50,678 bases of DNA. Origin: Parasitella parasitica NRRL 2501 (taxonomy: Eukaryota > Fungi > Mucoromycota). A program made the position numbers and the translations under genes. The stretch lies in NCBI GenBank assembly GCA_025201805.1, contig MU619319.1, positions 1 to 50,678 of the forward strand, written 5' to 3'. Shown one piece after another: positions 47,629 through 50,678 of the stretch. How positions within the stretch are numbered: the stretch's first letter is position 1; the number at the start of each line of letters is the position of its first letter. The notes under the pieces were generated by a model, which ran no database searches, was not told the origin of the DNA, and saw only the letters and a program-made list of their open reading frames with translations.

Positions 47629-47990
47629 CAGTGCGGCTGGTAAATTTTGTCCGTTTTGAAAAAATAAATGGCGCCAGCTGGGAAATGATGGGCGATTTGT
47701 TAGCAACCAATTGGCGTTTTCGAAAGTTTATTTTGTCTTTTTGGGCAAAGTAAAATTGACGTTACTGAGAGTTATTGTCGACTATGATGTAAAGGCTTTT
47801 TTAACTCACTAGTATGATAAAGAACACTTCTTTTTATGAAGATAGACATGAGAATGTCTATAATGAAGGTGGAGAAAGGGCTTTCAGTCCGATGGAAAAT
47901 ATGCTGACCGAAATCAGTAACCAATAGTACTCGAAACCATAGCGAGTCAAACAGCAGAGAAAGAAATCACAGCAAACCAAATCATTAAGA
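47629..47990 (+). mobile_element. Relic left end of another Tc1-type element
   Basis: TA-CAGTG terminus with TGGCG-type internal repeats, followed by decayed FYEDRHENVYNEGG...PME, similar to the transposase N-terminus at 6858. Confidence 0.5.
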
Positions 47991-48406
47991 GTATTAGAAT
48001 TAGTTTGATAGGACTTTTTCAGTCGTTAACAATTTATGGTGATACATAAGCTTCATATTTTTATGAAGGATTGTGTAATTTAGCTTCTTAAACGTATTTA
48101 TATTGCAATATATTTTGATATAGTGATTGAGGCAATGCTACGAGTACTTATGTAGGTCGTTGAAAGAGCTTACAAAAAACAAAACGGAGGAAAAATAAAA
48201 TATGGAACTGTCGGACAGCCATGAATACCGCTGAAAACAGACGAATTGAAAGAAGAAAGACTTTAGACTATCTCAGCAAACATACAAGCAAGATATTTCC
48301 CTAAAGTACTGCGTTCTTCAAATCAATAAAATCAGTTTTTTTTTATTTAATTTACTAAAAGGTGAGAAAATAAAATTAATCCTAAAAGTTGACTAGAGGA
48401 AATAGA

Positions 48407-50385
48407 TTATTCATCGTCTGAACTTTCATTAATAAACTCGCTCTCCCAAATAGGCTTTTTCAGAATGTTGTTTGATTGTTGCTTGGCTTGGGTGATATTT
48501 TTCATTTTTTTTGTTACATACTTTTTACTTTTTACATCCAGGCAATAATCCTACATAACAATATGCAATAAGTACTATAATATGACAAACATATATGTAT
48601 ACCACATACCTTGAATAAATTGAGGCCATTAATATATAACTTGATGTCTCCATTCTTGATTGAATCAACATTGTTTGGAACATCAATAGCATTAATCTTT
48701 TGGATTGCTAGCCAATCATCGTCAACAAGAGATAGTATAAATGATTCGCCTTCAAGACCCTCTACCAGCATTAAAGGCACTGACTTTAACTCAGCCGTGG
48801 TATCGTTACTTGATATATATTTCCTTAAATGAATGAAGCCAGACAATACCAGCTTGAGTTTATCTTTATAGTACTTGGAAGTACCAGGCTTTTTCGCGTA
48901 CTCTGCAGCACTAAGGTCAATATGTTTGGCAGCGTTTGTTGTTACTCTCAAATCAATCTTACAATCGAAACCGTTATCTTTACATTCTTTTGGCTTGGTA
49001 TCTCCCCTAGAACCAAAAATGGGTTCTTGTTAGTCAAAACTGTTTAAAAGTGGTACATTGTGAAGCAAATCACAATAAGTTCACTTACCATCGTAATCTA
49101 ATGCCCGTACCTCGGAATTCACTCTCCATGATAGGACCATGCAGTTTAACAAGATAGTCATTCTCGCTATTTTGCTCATCTGGATCGTATAAATACTCAT
49201 CATGAAGCATTGTTTCTAAACTATACAATAAAACAACATTCAAGACACTTTCTTCTTATCGTCAAAAGTTATACATACATACATTTGTAAATAAATTTTT
49301 TGTGTTTGTTTGTCGCCAGTCTTGATCTCATGTATTCCTTTAATTGTCTTGCTTAGAAATCTTTTTTCATCCTGAATATTACGAAACTTTGTATAGTAAA
49401 AAATTATTAATCAAACAATTCTGGATACAAATTGAATTTTGTTCTTACCTTTTCGATGACATTTTCAAATGCAGTCATATTACAAGTGGAGCGTGTTTGG
49501 ATTTTTGGTGAAGACAACTTTTGAATAATTTGTTGTTGTTGTAAATAGGAGAAGAGATCCAAATGTGAACTTTGAGATATATCAGATATATCTATAATTT
49601 GATTCATTGCAAGTCTATATAATATGGATAATAAAGTTAGAGTCACATTCCTAAAATTGTACTGACAAAACGACGAGTACCTGCAAACTTACGTTTTGAA
49701 ATAGCAGGTTTTTCTGTCAGCGATATCAGTGGCCTTGGCAGTGCTTTTAATAATGGTTCCAACACTTTCGTTGAGATCGTCAAGATACATGAGATCTTTA
49801 GCAATGTGCTAAAAAAAGAATTACAAAGAGGTTAGCAATTAATATTGCTGATACGTGAAACCAATGCAATGTTACAAGATGTTTTTGGCGCTTTGGCAAT
49901 CGTGATTGAGAGTAAGTTGCTTGTGATAATAATGTTGTAGATAACCTTTTCTGTTTCAACTCCTGAATTTCCTCGCAAGCAAGTGTTTTCCAGTATTCCT
50001 TTGTCGTTGATAATTGTAAAGGCTAGAAAAGACGTACGAGATATTATTAGAAGCAACTCATATAGTATAAAATATATAAAAAACTTTACAATGTATTTAT
50101 TGGCTTTCATATTCATGGCCCAATTGCTAAAGTCTTCATTATTACACTTTAATGCTTGCTCAATTGTATATATGTAATCTTCTTCGGCAACTTCACGCAT
50201 CTCAAGGGTGTATGCACCATGAGAGAAAAAGCCTGGAAGCCCGTTTTCTTCTTCATAGTGCTCTTCAAGCCAATCAAACGAATTCCTAAAAAAAAGAGAA
50301 ATGTTATAATTTTATATAAATCTTCGAGAATAGCATACCACACCGGCTTTCTAAGTAAAGCCAGACTTCTCGTTTTTGGAGGCAT
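48407..50385 (-). CDS. Hypothetical protein with C-terminal restriction-endonuclease-like domain; 9 exons, apparently intact
   Basis: GT-AG splicing gives a continuous frame MPPKTRS...PVW|NSFDW...SENDYLVKLHGPIMESEFRGTGIRLRW|GDT...KIDLRV...DLSAAEYAK...KYYKDKLKLVL...|DYCL...SSDDE*. Confidence 0.75.
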
Positions 50386-50678
50386 GTTTGTATCCGGTTT
50401 CTTTAAAAAAAAAAGTCAAGGTAAAAGGTAGGAATATTTTTTTGAAACACACGTTAATGCAAATAGCAAAACCCAAAAAAGGAAGCAATTCAGCTGGAGT
50501 TTGAATAAAAGTTATGATGCTGACTTTTTGAAATTTGGCTAATGGGTTTTTGTTGCTTTTTCATTCTTTATTTGAAAATAGGCGATATTGGGATGTTACC
50601 AACCTTGGCTGTTCATGCTTAGACGTTGCTTTTTATAAAAAGCATGTTCTGGATGCCATTCTTGAAAGCTCTTGGTTT

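Overview
AT-rich eukaryotic DNA with short GT-AG introns; the gene families and transposons look like a Mucorales-type fungus (inference). Housekeeping genes: mitochondrial malic enzyme, RPS16/uS9, a GIT1-like MFS permease, tRNA-Ala(AGC), CTP synthase, a Sec7-PH Arf-GEF, insulysin/STE23, ACSF3, CCT6 and PHO85. Also present are an AT-hook protein, LRR and F-box proteins, a Myb/SANT-like protein, a secreted protein with two C-type-lectin-like domains, and a decayed OPT/YSL transporter. Mobile DNA is abundant. Two copies of one Tc1/IS630-type element flank an F-box gene (4244-8355). A 4.9-kb Tc1-type element (42521-47441) contains a PD-(D/E)xK nuclease-like gene fragment and a nested, intact DD40E element, and several Tc1 relics lie nearby. 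The most interesting item is a ~1.24-kb element at 26372-27615. It looks like an internally deleted Fanzor (eukaryotic TnpB) locus: an intron-containing pseudo-ORF ending in a RuvC-III-like motif, a structured omega-RNA-like 3' end, and a flanking 9-bp direct repeat. All family assignments come from motif recognition by eye, not database searches. Two N-gaps (4659-4668, 37744-37788) limit interpretation.
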